Below are positions 24,591 through 36,227 of a stretch of DNA of 64,000 nt, piece after piece. Under the pieces are notes generated by a model. That model saw only the letters and a program-made list of their open reading frames with translations, was not told the DNA's origin and did no database searches. Origin of the DNA: Leucoraja ocellata (Eukaryota); NCBI GenBank assembly GCA_036785375.1, contig JAWMAR010000026.1:7812001-7876000 (forward strand). The letters are read 5' to 3'. The translations under genes were made by a program, and so were the position numbers. Each line of letters begins with the position of its first letter. Position 1 is the stretch's first letter.

Positions 24591-27500
24591 TATATTTGGG
24601 GAAGGTGGGACCTGTACAGAAAGGATGGATTGCACTTGAACCCGAGGAGGACCAATATCCTAGCGGGGAAATTTGCAAAGGCTGCTGGGGAGACTTTAAA
24701 CTAGAATGGTTGGGGCGAGGGACTCAAATAGCGAAAGCTAGTAGACAGAATGGGAGGCAGGAAGCAGAAAAGGGAAGCACTCGGCCACAAGAGGAGAAAG
24801 AAAAAAAGGAAATAAACAGAGAATAAGAGACGGGGGGTTTCTTAAATGTGCATATTTTAATGCTAGGAGCATTGTAAGAAAAGTGGATGAGCTTAGAGTC
24901 TGGATAGACACCTGGAAGTATGATGTTGTGGAGATCAGTGAAACGTGGTTGCAGGAGGGCTGTGACTGGAAACTAAATATTCCAGGATTTCGTTGCTTCA
25001 GGTGTGATAGAATTGGAGGGGCAAGAGGTGGAGGTGTTGCATTGCTAGTCGGAAGATATTACAGCAGTGCTTTGGCAGGATAGATTGGAGGGCTCATCTA
25101 GGGAGGCTATTTGGGTGGAATTGAGAAGTGGGAAAGGTGTAGCAACACTTATAGGGGTGTATTATAGACCACCAAACAGGGAACGAGAATTGGAAGAGCA
25201 AATATGTAAGGAGATAGCAGATATTAGTAGTAAGCAGAAGGTAGTGATTGTGGGAGATTTCAATTTTCCACACATAGACTGGGAAACACATTCTGTAAAT
25301 GGGCTGGATGGGTTGGAGTTTGTAAAATGTGTGCAGGATAGTTTTTTGCAGCAATACATAGAGGTACCTACTAGAGGAGGGGCAGTGCTGGACCTCCTGT
25401 TAGGAAATGAGATGGGACAGGTGGCGGAGGTATGCGTTGGGGAGCACTTCGGGTCCAGTGATCACAATACCATTAGTTTCAATATAATTATGGAGAGGGT
25501 CAGAACTGGACCTAGGGTTGAGATTTTTGATTGGAGAAAGGCTAACTTTGATGAGATGCGAGATGATTTAAAAGGAGTGAACTGGGACATTTTGTTTTAT
25601 GGGAAAGATGTAGAAGAGAAATGGAGGACATTTAAAAGGGAAATTTTAAGAGTACAGAATCTTTATGTTCCTGTTCGGTTGAAAGGAAACAGTAAAAATT
25701 GGAAAGAGCCATGGTTTTCAAGGGAAATTGGACATCTTGTTCGGAAAAAGAGGGAGATTACAATAATTATAGGCAGCATGAAGTAAATGAGGTGCTTGAG
25801 GAGTATAAGGAATGTAAAAAGAATCTTAAGAAATAAATTAGAAAAGCTAAAAGAAGATATGAGGTTGCTTTGGCAGGTAAGGTGAAAGTAAATCCAAAGG
25901 GTTTCTACAGCTATATTAATAGCAAAAGGATAACGAGGGATAAAATTGGTCCATTGGAGAGACAGAGTGGACAGTTATCTGCAGAGCCAAAAGAGATGGG
26001 GGAGATATTGAACAATTTCTTTTCTTCGGTATTCACCAAGGAGAAGGATATTGAATTATGTGAGGTAAGGGAAACTAGTAAAGTAGCTATGGATACTATG
26101 AGGTTCAAAGTAAAAGAAGTACTGACACTTTTGAAAAATATAAAAGTGGATAAGTCTCCAGGTCCTGACAGGATATTCCCTAGGACATTGAGGGAAGTTA
26201 GTGTAGAAATAGCCGGGGCTATGACAGAAATATTTCAAATGTCATTAGAAACGGGAATAGTCCCCGAGGATTGGCGTACTGCGCATGTTGTTCCATTGTT
26301 TTAAAAAGGTTCTAAGAGTAAACCTAGCAATTATAGACCTGTTAGTTTGACTTCAGTGGTGGGCAAATTAATGGAAAAGATACTTAGAGGTAATATATAT
26401 AAGCATATAGATAAACAGGGTCTGATTAGGAACAGTCAACATGGATTTGTGCCTGGAAGGTCATGTTTGACTAATCTTCTTGAATTTTTTGAAGAGGTTA
26501 CTAGGGAAATTGACGAGGGTAAAGCAGTGGATGTTGTCTATATGGACTTTAGTAAGGCCTTTGACAAGCTTCCTCATGGAAGGTTGGTTAAGAAGGTTCA
26601 ACTGTTGGGTATAAATGCAGGAATAGCAAGATGGATTCAACAGTGGCTGAATGGGAGAAGCCAGAGGGTAATGGTGGATGGCTGTTTATCGGGTTGGAGG
26701 CAGGTGACTAGTGGGGTGCCTCAGGGATCTGTGTTGGGTCCTTTGTTGTTTGTCATGTACATCAATGATCTGGATGAAGGTGTGGTAAATTGGATTAGTA
26801 AGCATGCAGATGATACCAAGATAGGGGGTGTTGTGGATAATGAAGAGGATTTCCAAAGTCTACAGAGTGATTTAGGCCATTTGGAAAAATGGGCTGAAAG
26901 ATGGCAAATGTAGTTTAATGCTGATAAATGTGAGGTGATACACCTTGGCAGGACAAATCAAAATAGGACGTACATGGTAAATGGTAGGGAATTGAAGAAT
27001 ACAGTTGAACAGAGGGATCTGTGTATAACCGTGCATAGTTCCTTGAAGGTGGAATCTCATATAGATAGGGTGGTAAAGAAAGCTTTTGGTATGCTAGCCT
27101 TTATAAATCAGAGCATTGAGTATAGAAGCTGGGATGTAATGTTAAAATTGTACAAGGCATTGGTGAGACCAAATCTGGAGTATGGTGTACAATTTTGGTC
27201 GCCCAATTATAGGAAGGATGTCAACAAAATAGAGAGAGTACAGAGGAGATTAACTAGAATGTTGCCTGGGTTTCAACAACTAAGTTACAGAGATAGGTTG
27301 AATAAGTTAGGTCTTTATTCTCTGGAGCGCAGAAGGTAAAGGGGGGACTTGATAGAGGTCTTTAAAATGATGAGAGGGATAGACAGAGTTGATGTGGACA
27401 AGCTTTTCCCTTTGAGAATAGGGAAGATTCAAACAAGAGGACATGACTTCAGAATTAAGGGACAGAAGTTTAGGGGTAATATGAGGGGGAACTTCTTTAC

Positions 27501-27733
27501 TCAGAGAGTGGTAGCGGTGTGGAATGAGCTTCCAGTGGAAGTGGTGGAGGCAGGTTCATTGGTATCATTTAAAAATAAATTAGATAGGCATATGGATGAG
27601 AAGGGAATGGAGGGTTATGGTATGAGTGCAGGCAGGTGGGACTAAGGGGGAAAAAAGTTGTTCGGCACGGACTTGTAGGGCCAGGATGGCCTGTTTCCGT
27701 GCTGTAATTGTTATATGGTTATATGGTTATATG
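24591..27733 (+). mobile_element. Long CR1 LINE (end of ORF1 plus almost complete, broken ORF2 APE-RT)
   Basis: ORF1 end WGRWDLYRKDGLHLN; APE motifs ISETWL, YRPPN, VGDFNFP, SDH; RT motifs YMDFSKAFD, SGVPQGSVLGPLLF, HADDTK; several stops and frameshifts; (ttatatgg)n tail. Confidence 0.92.
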
Positions 27734-29569
27734 AAAGTATAAGAAGCATAAATAGGGTAGAGAGTGAGGACCTATTTCAAGGGTTGGAAATGTCAGACGA
27801 GCGGGGTTTATGGGAGTAGAGCAAAGTTTATTGGACATTTTTCGGGCAATTGTTTTACAGAGTGGGCGGTGGGTAGCTGGAACGCTGCTGTTGTGGTGGT
27901 GAAGCCAAATAAAGTGTAATAATAGTGTTTAAGAAACTTTTAGTTAGGCACATGGATATGCAAGAAAAAGGGATATCTAAAGGAAAAAAATACCGTAATT
28001 TCAAGCTCAATGGATAATAGGGATGACAGTAATGATCATGGACGGACACAATACTTTGTTAAACATATATAAAACAAAAACAGACATCAATTTTGCTGCA
28101 CGAAAAAAAGGGAGACAAACTTCTGGTGGACGACGTTTCAGGCAACACCGGTGGAAGGTAAATGATGGACCTTTCGGGTTGGGACCAGGATCTTCAGTTT
28201 CTTGTGGACCAATTTTGCTATCGCGTATTTCTGGTTTTACACATGATAAAACAAAATGCCACTGCATATTCGGAAAGTTTAAGACACGCGTTACTGAGTT
28301 ATATCCCGCATTCAAATAATCGCAGCAACTTCTTCAGCGTTCATACTCCATCGGACAAACCTAACGCATCCATTAAACAGGTTCAAATGTTTATGTACAT
28401 CATTAAGAGCTTTGCAATGACAATTGTTACCGTGCGCTGAACGAATACATTTCAAATGCGCCAATGCTATTGACCTATAACATCGATCATACGATTTGTG
28501 TTGTAACAGCTACAATTAGAAAGCACATATTGTGTTTCCATTACGTTGTTTCCAATGCGTGATATTAAAGATAGGCGAGAAACTGCTTCTTTGCACGCAT
28601 CGGTACGCGAGTGAGGATTACGCAATAATTTTCAAGGCCCCAGTAACCACATTACGGTGATGGTTCCAGTCAGATAAAAAACAAAACACTTGTTTGCGAT
28701 GGTAATGAAGCATCCGTTCTTCATCTCTTCTGTTTTGCAAATAAAATTTGCCCCATCTCTCAGCAAGTTGCATGTTTTCATTTAAAACGGAATATATTTA
28801 TATTCAGGCCATTAGCAAGCCAGATTCTACGTGTGCTAATCCACAAAACAATGTTTGCAATTCGCTCTCATCCACATGTTTGTTCATAACATGTACGGTC
28901 AGTGAAAAGGGGAAGCGAGTGCGTGCTGTGCAGCATAGCTTAGTTTAGTTTAGTTTAGAGATACAGCACGAAACAGGCCCGTCGAGTCCGTGCGGACCCG
29001 TGTACACTAGTAGTATCCTACACACTCGGACAATTTATAATTTTACCGAAACCAATTAATCTACAAACCTGCTGGTCTTTAGAGTGCGGGGGGAACCGGT
29101 ACACCCGGACAAAACCACAGGAAGAACGTACAAACTCCGAACCCTGGTCTCTGGTACTGTAAAGCAGAAACCCTACTGCCACTCCTTCGTGTCGCACTTA
29201 ATACGTATACTTAATACATGGAGCCAAACAATTGGGAAATAGATATAATTACACATTTGGGAATCGCTCTGAGGCTGCGGAGACTGCTCCCCATGTAAAC
29301 TTAAGTGACGTGGAAACAGCTATAAGAACGGAATGGTGTGATTTGTCTGTTATTCAAATCACGCAAATACCCCTGGGATCAGAAAAGACTGAAACAGCCT
29401 TCACAATGAGAAGGCGATTGGAATGCGGGATCTGCGATCTGCACAATAAGTCTCCAATTTGGAAACAGAATCATGGCATTATTTTTATGTAACTGAATAT
29501 AACTCATTTCATAACTAAAGATCATGTGTACGGTTTTGTTACATTAACAGAGAAAGTTATTTAGTTACA

Positions 29570-30360
29570 TAGCGTGGAAACAGGCCCTTTGGATCAACTA
29601 GTCCACGCCGACCAACATGGCCGGTCTACACTGGACTCACTTGCCTACGTTTGGTCCTTATCCATCTAAATCTATCTTGTCCATGTACCTGTCTAAATGT
29701 TTCTTAAGCAATGTGATAGTACCTGCCGCAAATACCTCCCCTGACAACTCGTTCCCCACACCTACCACCATTTGTGTAAAGACATCGCTCCTTAGGTTAT
29801 TAAAACGTTTCCCCTTCACCTTAAACCTATGTCCTCTGGTTGTCAATTCCGCTACTCTGGGAAAAAGTACCTTATCTATTTCTCTGCTGACCTCTTTAAG
29901 ATTACCTGTCGTCTTCCTGCACTCCAAGGAGGCCTGCTCAACCTCTCTCTATAGCTCAGAACTGGAATCACGGCATCATCCTCGTAAAACGTATCTGCAC
30001 CCTTTACATCTCAACAACATCTTTCGTGCACTAGACTGACCAAAATTGAACACACTACTCCAAATATGCCCACACCAATGTCTTACACAACTGTAACCTG
30101 ATCTCCCAACATCTATACTCAATATTCTGACCGATGTGGTCAGAATGCTGAAAGCCTTCTTGGCCAATGTGCTGAAATACTTCTTGGCCATCCTATTTAC
30201 TTGTGACGCCACTTTCAAGGGACTTTGTACCTGCACTTCCATATCTTTCTGCCCTGTAACACTCCCCAGAGACCTGCCATTCACTGTGTAGATCATACTT
30301 TGGGTTGACCTCCTAAAATGCTCATGCATTTCAATATTAAACTTCATCCACCATTCCTCT
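29570..30360 (-). mobile_element. Old CR1 3' fragment, duplicated with the gene unit (paralog about 51590-52360)
   Basis: TRGHRFKVKGKRF...FTQMVVGVGNEL. Its junction into a Penelope fragment (gggacaggggaaagt) is shared at about 30362 and about 52364. Confidence 0.7.
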
Positions 30361-31511
30361 TGGGACAGGGGAAAGTTTTCCGTGAGGAGGTGGTTTTGGT
30401 GGGAAGAGATGAATGGACCATGGAATTGTAGATGGAGTGGACTCTGCAAAAGGCAGAGTGGGGTGGAGATAGGAAACTATGAATGCTGTTCGGATCCCAT
30501 CGGAGGTGTTGGGAATGTTGGATGATGATGAGATGAATACGGAGGCTGGTGGAATGAAAGGCAAGGAACAGGGGATCTCTAACTTTATTGCTTCAACCAA
30601 GGAGTTTCAGAGGGAGTGGTCCCTGCAGAGAGCAGAAGAGGAGTTGAGTATAGGAGCAAATAGGTCCTTCTGCAGTTGTACAGGGCTCTAGTGAGACCAC
30701 ACCTGGAGTATTATGTGCAGTTTTGGTCTCCAAATTTGGCAAGTCAGGTGTTTGTCAGGACGCTTCATAAATGTTGCAAGAGCAAGATTCCAAACAATGT
30801 CTGGGAAAGAACTGCAGATGCTGGTTTCAATCGAAGATAGACACAACATGCTGGAGTAAAACTCAGCGGGATATGCAGCATCTCTGGAGAGAAGGGATAG
30901 GTGAAATGTCAGGGGAATGGGCGGGACAGAGATAGAATGTAGCCGGAGACGGTAAGACTGGTGGGAGAACTGGGAAGGGGGAGGGGATGGTTTGGGTGGG
31001 AAGGGACGAGTTGACCAGGGAATTGCGGAGGGAACGGTCTCTGCGGAAAGCAGCAAGTGGTGGAGATGGGAAGATGTGGCCAGTAGTGGGATCTCGTTGG
31101 AGGTGGAGGATTATATGCTTTTTCCAAACAATCTCTGCAGGAGTAAATTCACTTTTGGATCCCCTCTAAACACCGAACATTTTGCATGTGTCTTTTTGTT
31201 TTTCATGTTCAAATAAGGAGGTGCCTCCTTTCACAAAACGTATGCAATTTCAAAGAACACAGTAGCCAAGCGAAAGGACACCGACGTTTACTGGCGCATA
31301 ACTTGGGCAACTGGTTATGACCCATTTCACCCCTAGTGTTGAATGTGGGCTCAGTTGGTTAGGAGCTTTGACGTCAAATCAGTGCTTGATGCTTGTAATA
31401 TGGAACATCTCGCCATTTCCCTGAGGGCTGTTGCTGCCTTCTTGTTGTCAGATCATAGACGAGTTGATAAGTAGCTACACAAATAACAAGACGTCACTTT
31501 GAGCACGGAAA

Positions 31512-33632
31512 CTACTTGGGAATCCATTCCGAATAGATACCATCTGCCCCTCGCATTGGCTTCATTGGCTGTGAGTTGTCCGTGTAATTATGCCAACGAT
31601 TTGTGTTTCCTCCTGTCTTGTTTCCCGTCGTAGCGACAGGCGCGTAAATCACTTTACCAGGCATTGGTTTCTGCTTGGTCTGCGAGATGAAAATTAGAGG
31701 GAAGACATTAGTTCATGTTTTTAGCCGCTTTGATCCTCACACATACCCGAGCGTTTTGCAGGATCAGAAATGAAAGTAATAAAATGGACGGGGAGATAGA
31801 TGTTTGTTTACATCAAAGATTGACACAAAATGCTGGAGTACGTCGCATCTCTGGAGAAATTGGATAATTGACGTTTCGTGTAGGGACCCTTCTTCAGCCT
31901 GACTGTCGGCGAGGGACTGGTGAGAGCCCAAGAGGGATACATGATCGCGACCGTGGGGCCAATTAACCGATTTGCAGTGGAAGGGGCTGGAAGGGGGGTG
32001 GGGGGTCGGAATTCGTATATTAAAAGGTACCTGTGCATACAGCGTCCTTTCTTGATTCACCTTCCTTGGAATGTTCCGGGGTTTACTCAGATTTAGCGCA
32101 GCATAAGGCACCATCGCTTCACCTGCACGTTGCATGGACTGAACGAGAAAAGTATACATCTTCTCAACAAAGGTGCATTAATGCTGGCGCAGAACGACAC
32201 TATCAGGCTCTAAAACGGTTTCGAGGGCCCATTACATGAATAGTTCCATTGCCAATAACCTATGCGCACGATGTCGATCACTTCTCCTGCTCTAACATTA
32301 CCCCAAAAAGCAAGTTAGATCAGTTTAGCTAAGTAAATCGCAGTTTGGGGATGGCGGGGGGGGGGGGGGGGGGGGTCACAAGCCGTAAATGGCCTTTGTT
32401 TTCTTCGTAAACGTCTTATTTGCTTATTCTCAACATTCATATACGTAAAAAAGCAAATTACAGTCAATGGATTGAACGCAAACATTTTATCTAGTTCCCG
32501 GTTTATCATTTGATTTTACATCAACATTCAGCTTCTAGTTCCAAGTCAATGGCAGACTGTGCAGCTGCATTGGCCTGTCATCATCGGAGGGGATGCATAA
32601 AAAATGTGTCTTACTCAAATTTACAAAGCGTTATTTGAACTACAACACATTCTGTGGACTGTTTGGATGCCCTTACTGAAAGCATGTGACATTGTTGCAA
32701 GAGACAGTTCAGGGAATGTTCAATGAGATGCCAGTGGGTGCTTTGGGATTTCAGGACAGCTTAATCTTGTGCTGATTGGACCCCCCGAGAAGGAGAGGGG
32801 GTCGACTTACTGCCGTTTTATTGGATTGACATGGTAAACACTCGGGGATGCTGATAGTCATTAATGTATTTTGGAGCCGCAGCAGCCTCGGGAAATGGGG
32901 ATGGGCGGGGGGCATTGCCATTGAAAGGAGGAGGGAATTTGCCAATCAGAAATTGAGAGATTTTGGAGCGTCAAGCTCCAGAAAGCCACATGAAAATGAA
33001 ACTCCGATTATATTTGTCACCAGCATGAGAATCACAATACATGCGTGGATGGCGGAGGAGATGGACGAAGAATGTTGAATCAGCCGAAAGCCTATTGTAT
33101 GGTGACATCATACTCGATTGGATTAATGGTCTCCTTTTGCTCCTGGAATTTTGAATTTTTCACTGAGATGTCGACAACAGGCAGGAACTGCGATTAGATT
33201 CTATTTTGTGTTGGCCTGCGACGATGCCCATGGACCTGGGGAAGCGCTTCAGGGGAAACTTAAATTAAACAATTTGTGGCCTGCAGTTGCATGCAGTGCG
33301 TGCCAGGCAAATGCGGCAGATATGCATCCGTAATAGGCACTCGTGATTTTGCTCAGAATGTAAGACCTTTTTATAGACCCTGGCATTTTGTAGACACGGG
33401 TACGGTTTTTAGAAGTGAGTGCAATATACCAGCTTGGCAATATGGATTTTCATCTAACATTCGAGTTAACGGACAAAACCTTTCGGACGGTTGTTACCGA
33501 GAGGCACTGGGAGCAATAAAACAGGTAATTAATTTGAGCTGTATAGAAGGCAAGCGCAGTATTTTAACTTTACTTATTTCATACATACCAGTTGCCCAAT
33601 AACATCGGATCTTTCTTCTTCCTTCCGCGTAC
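31512..33632 (-). CDS. Gene B cytoplasmic cassette 2 (three exons, two ITIMs)
   Basis: 33589-33632 (G)[14 protein letters not shown]; 32031-32138 [36 protein letters not shown]; 31512-31679 [55 protein letters not shown]. ITIMs are VPYAAL and VIYAPV. Confidence 0.78.
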
Positions 33633-36196
33633 CTGGTCAATTATTAATATTAATTACATAGAAACATAGAAACATAGAAAATAGGTGCAGGAGTAGGCCA
33701 TTCGGCCCTTCGAACCTGCACCGCCATTCAATATGATCATGGCTGATCATCCAACTCAGTATCCTGTACCTGCTTTCTCTCCATACCCCCTGATCCCTTT
33801 AGCCACAAGGGCCACATCTAACTCCCTCTAAAATATAACCAAATGAACTGGCCTCAACTACCTTCTGTGGCAGAGTTCCAGAGATTCACCACTCTGTGTG
33901 AAAAATGTTTTTCTCATCTCGGTCCTAGTGTTGTAAGTTTCTATAAGATCCCCCCTCAATCTTCTAAATTGTAGCGAGTACAAGCGGAGTCTATCCAGTC
34001 TTTCTTCATATGATAGTCCTGACATCCCAGGAATCAGTCTGGTGAACCTTCTCTGTACTCCCTCTATGGCACGAATGTCTTTCCTCAGATTTGGAGACCA
34101 AAACTGTACACAATACTCCAGGTGTGGTCTCACCAAGACCCTGTACAACTGCAGTCGAACCTCCCTGCTCCTATATTCAAATTCTTTTGCTATGAATGCT
34201 AACATACCAATCGCTTTCTTAACGGCCTGCTGCACCTGCATGCCTACTTTCAATGACTGGTGTACCATGACACACAGGTCTCGTTGCATCTTCCCTTTTC
34301 CTAATCGGTCACCATGTAGATAATAGTCTACTTTCCTGTTTTTGCCACCAAAGTGGATAACCTCACATTTGTCCACATTATACTGCATCTGCCATGGATT
34401 TGCCCACTCACCCAAAATTACTTATCTAGATTTTAAAAAATGGAATTTTGTCACCCGAAAAAGACGGTGAACATAGAGTTAGGGGGTAATATAGATCGAT
34501 GGGAATGATCATGTGCAAAGTCATGGGTTTATTGCGAATCATTATTAATTCGCCTTTTAATCCTAGCGTGTTTTCGGAAGTCTTCTTGCTGGTAAGGAAA
34601 TTGAATCTCCAGTTACCAACCTCTCCCAGTTGCTGGGGTTCATAACATTTTGACCTGGGAGTGAGCAACTACCAAGTACCCCGTGAAATTGAGTGGCCGT
34701 GAGGGCATCCCGATATTCAAACTGTCGGGATTCAGTTACCGGTGTATTTTTTTCAGTCTGGATAGTCGTTGTTTGACTAATTCAAGTTACAATAAACACG
34801 AATGGCGAACAGCTAACTGAATAGCTAACGGGGATGAATGAGTCCAGTGTACAAGCTTAGCTTTCATGGTAACAGGAAATTTCACAGGATCAATAATTAA
34901 CGGACAGAAAATAGAAATATAGAAAGAAAGTGTACAGCAATGTGTACTCGTGATGATCTCAGCCGGGGAATCATGCTGGACCAACAGCAAAATTCGTGAA
35001 AATTACAGAGAGACACAGCTATGGTAATAAAGAAATTATAATCTGTCTAGATTTCCAAAATAATGTCAAAGAGGTTGGCGACAAAATTAAAAAAAAAGAT
35101 CAGAGAATAGTAATTATCGACAGGTTGCAGAATTGATGGAAGGCAGGTTGTGGGAAAGAACGCAGACTAAAGTGCGGGTGAATCAAGAAAGGGCGCTAAA
35201 GTGCAACTGCTCACGGAAAGCAATGGGCGCAGTTGTGCCGATTTCTCCTGTCTTGTTTCCCGTCGTAGTAATCACTTTACCATGCATTGGTTTCTGCTTG
35301 GTCTGCGAGATGAAAATTAGGGAAAAACATTAGTTCAATTTTAAAGCTGCTTTGAATCTCACACAGACCCGAACGTTTTGCAGGATCAGAAATGAAAGTA
35401 ATCAAATTAATGGGCAGGTGCTTGTTTATATCAAAGATTGACACGAAGTGCTGGAGTACGTCAGCGGGCCAGGTCACGTCTCTGGGGAAATTGGATACCT
35501 GACGTTTCGGGTAGGGACNNNNNNNNNNNNNNNNNNNNNNNNNNNNNNNNNNNNNNNNNNNNNNNNNNNNNNNNNNNNNNNNNNNNNNNNNNNNNNNNNN
35601 NNNNNNNNNNNNNNNNNNNNNNNNNNNNNNNNNNNNNNNNNNNNNNNNNNNNNNNNNNNNNNNNNNNNNNNNNNNNNNNNNNNNNNNNNNNNNNNNNNNN
35701 NNNNNNNNNNNNNNNNNNNNNNNNNNNNNNNNNNNNNGAGCCGACGAAAAAACAGTGCAAATCGGGGCTGGCATCAGATGACAGGTAAGCTGGTTCCTGA
35801 TAGGTTGACTGTCGGCTAGGGACTGGTGAGAGCCCAAGAAGGTCCGATTTCGTATGTTAAAACGTACCTGTGCATACAGCGTCCTTTCTTGATTCACCCG
35901 CCTTGGAACTTTCCGGGGTTTGCTCAGATTTAGCGCAGCATAAGGCACCATCGCTTCACCCGCACGTTGCATGGACTGAACGAGAAAAGTATACATCTTT
36001 TATACAAAGGTGCATTGATTCTTGCGCAGAACGACACTATCAGGGTCTAAAACGGTTTCGAGGGCCCATTACATGAATAGTTCCAATGCCAATAACCTAT
36101 GCGCACGATGTCGATCATTCTCCTGCTCTAACATTACCCCAAAAAGCAAGTTAGATCAGATTAGCTCATTAAATCGCAGTTTGGGGATGGTGGGTG

Positions 36197-36227
<31 letters not shown>

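Noticed and set aside
24883-27645. Active reverse-transcriptase gene or novel RT system
   Set aside because: Ordinary CR1 ORF2 with multiple stops and frameshifts.
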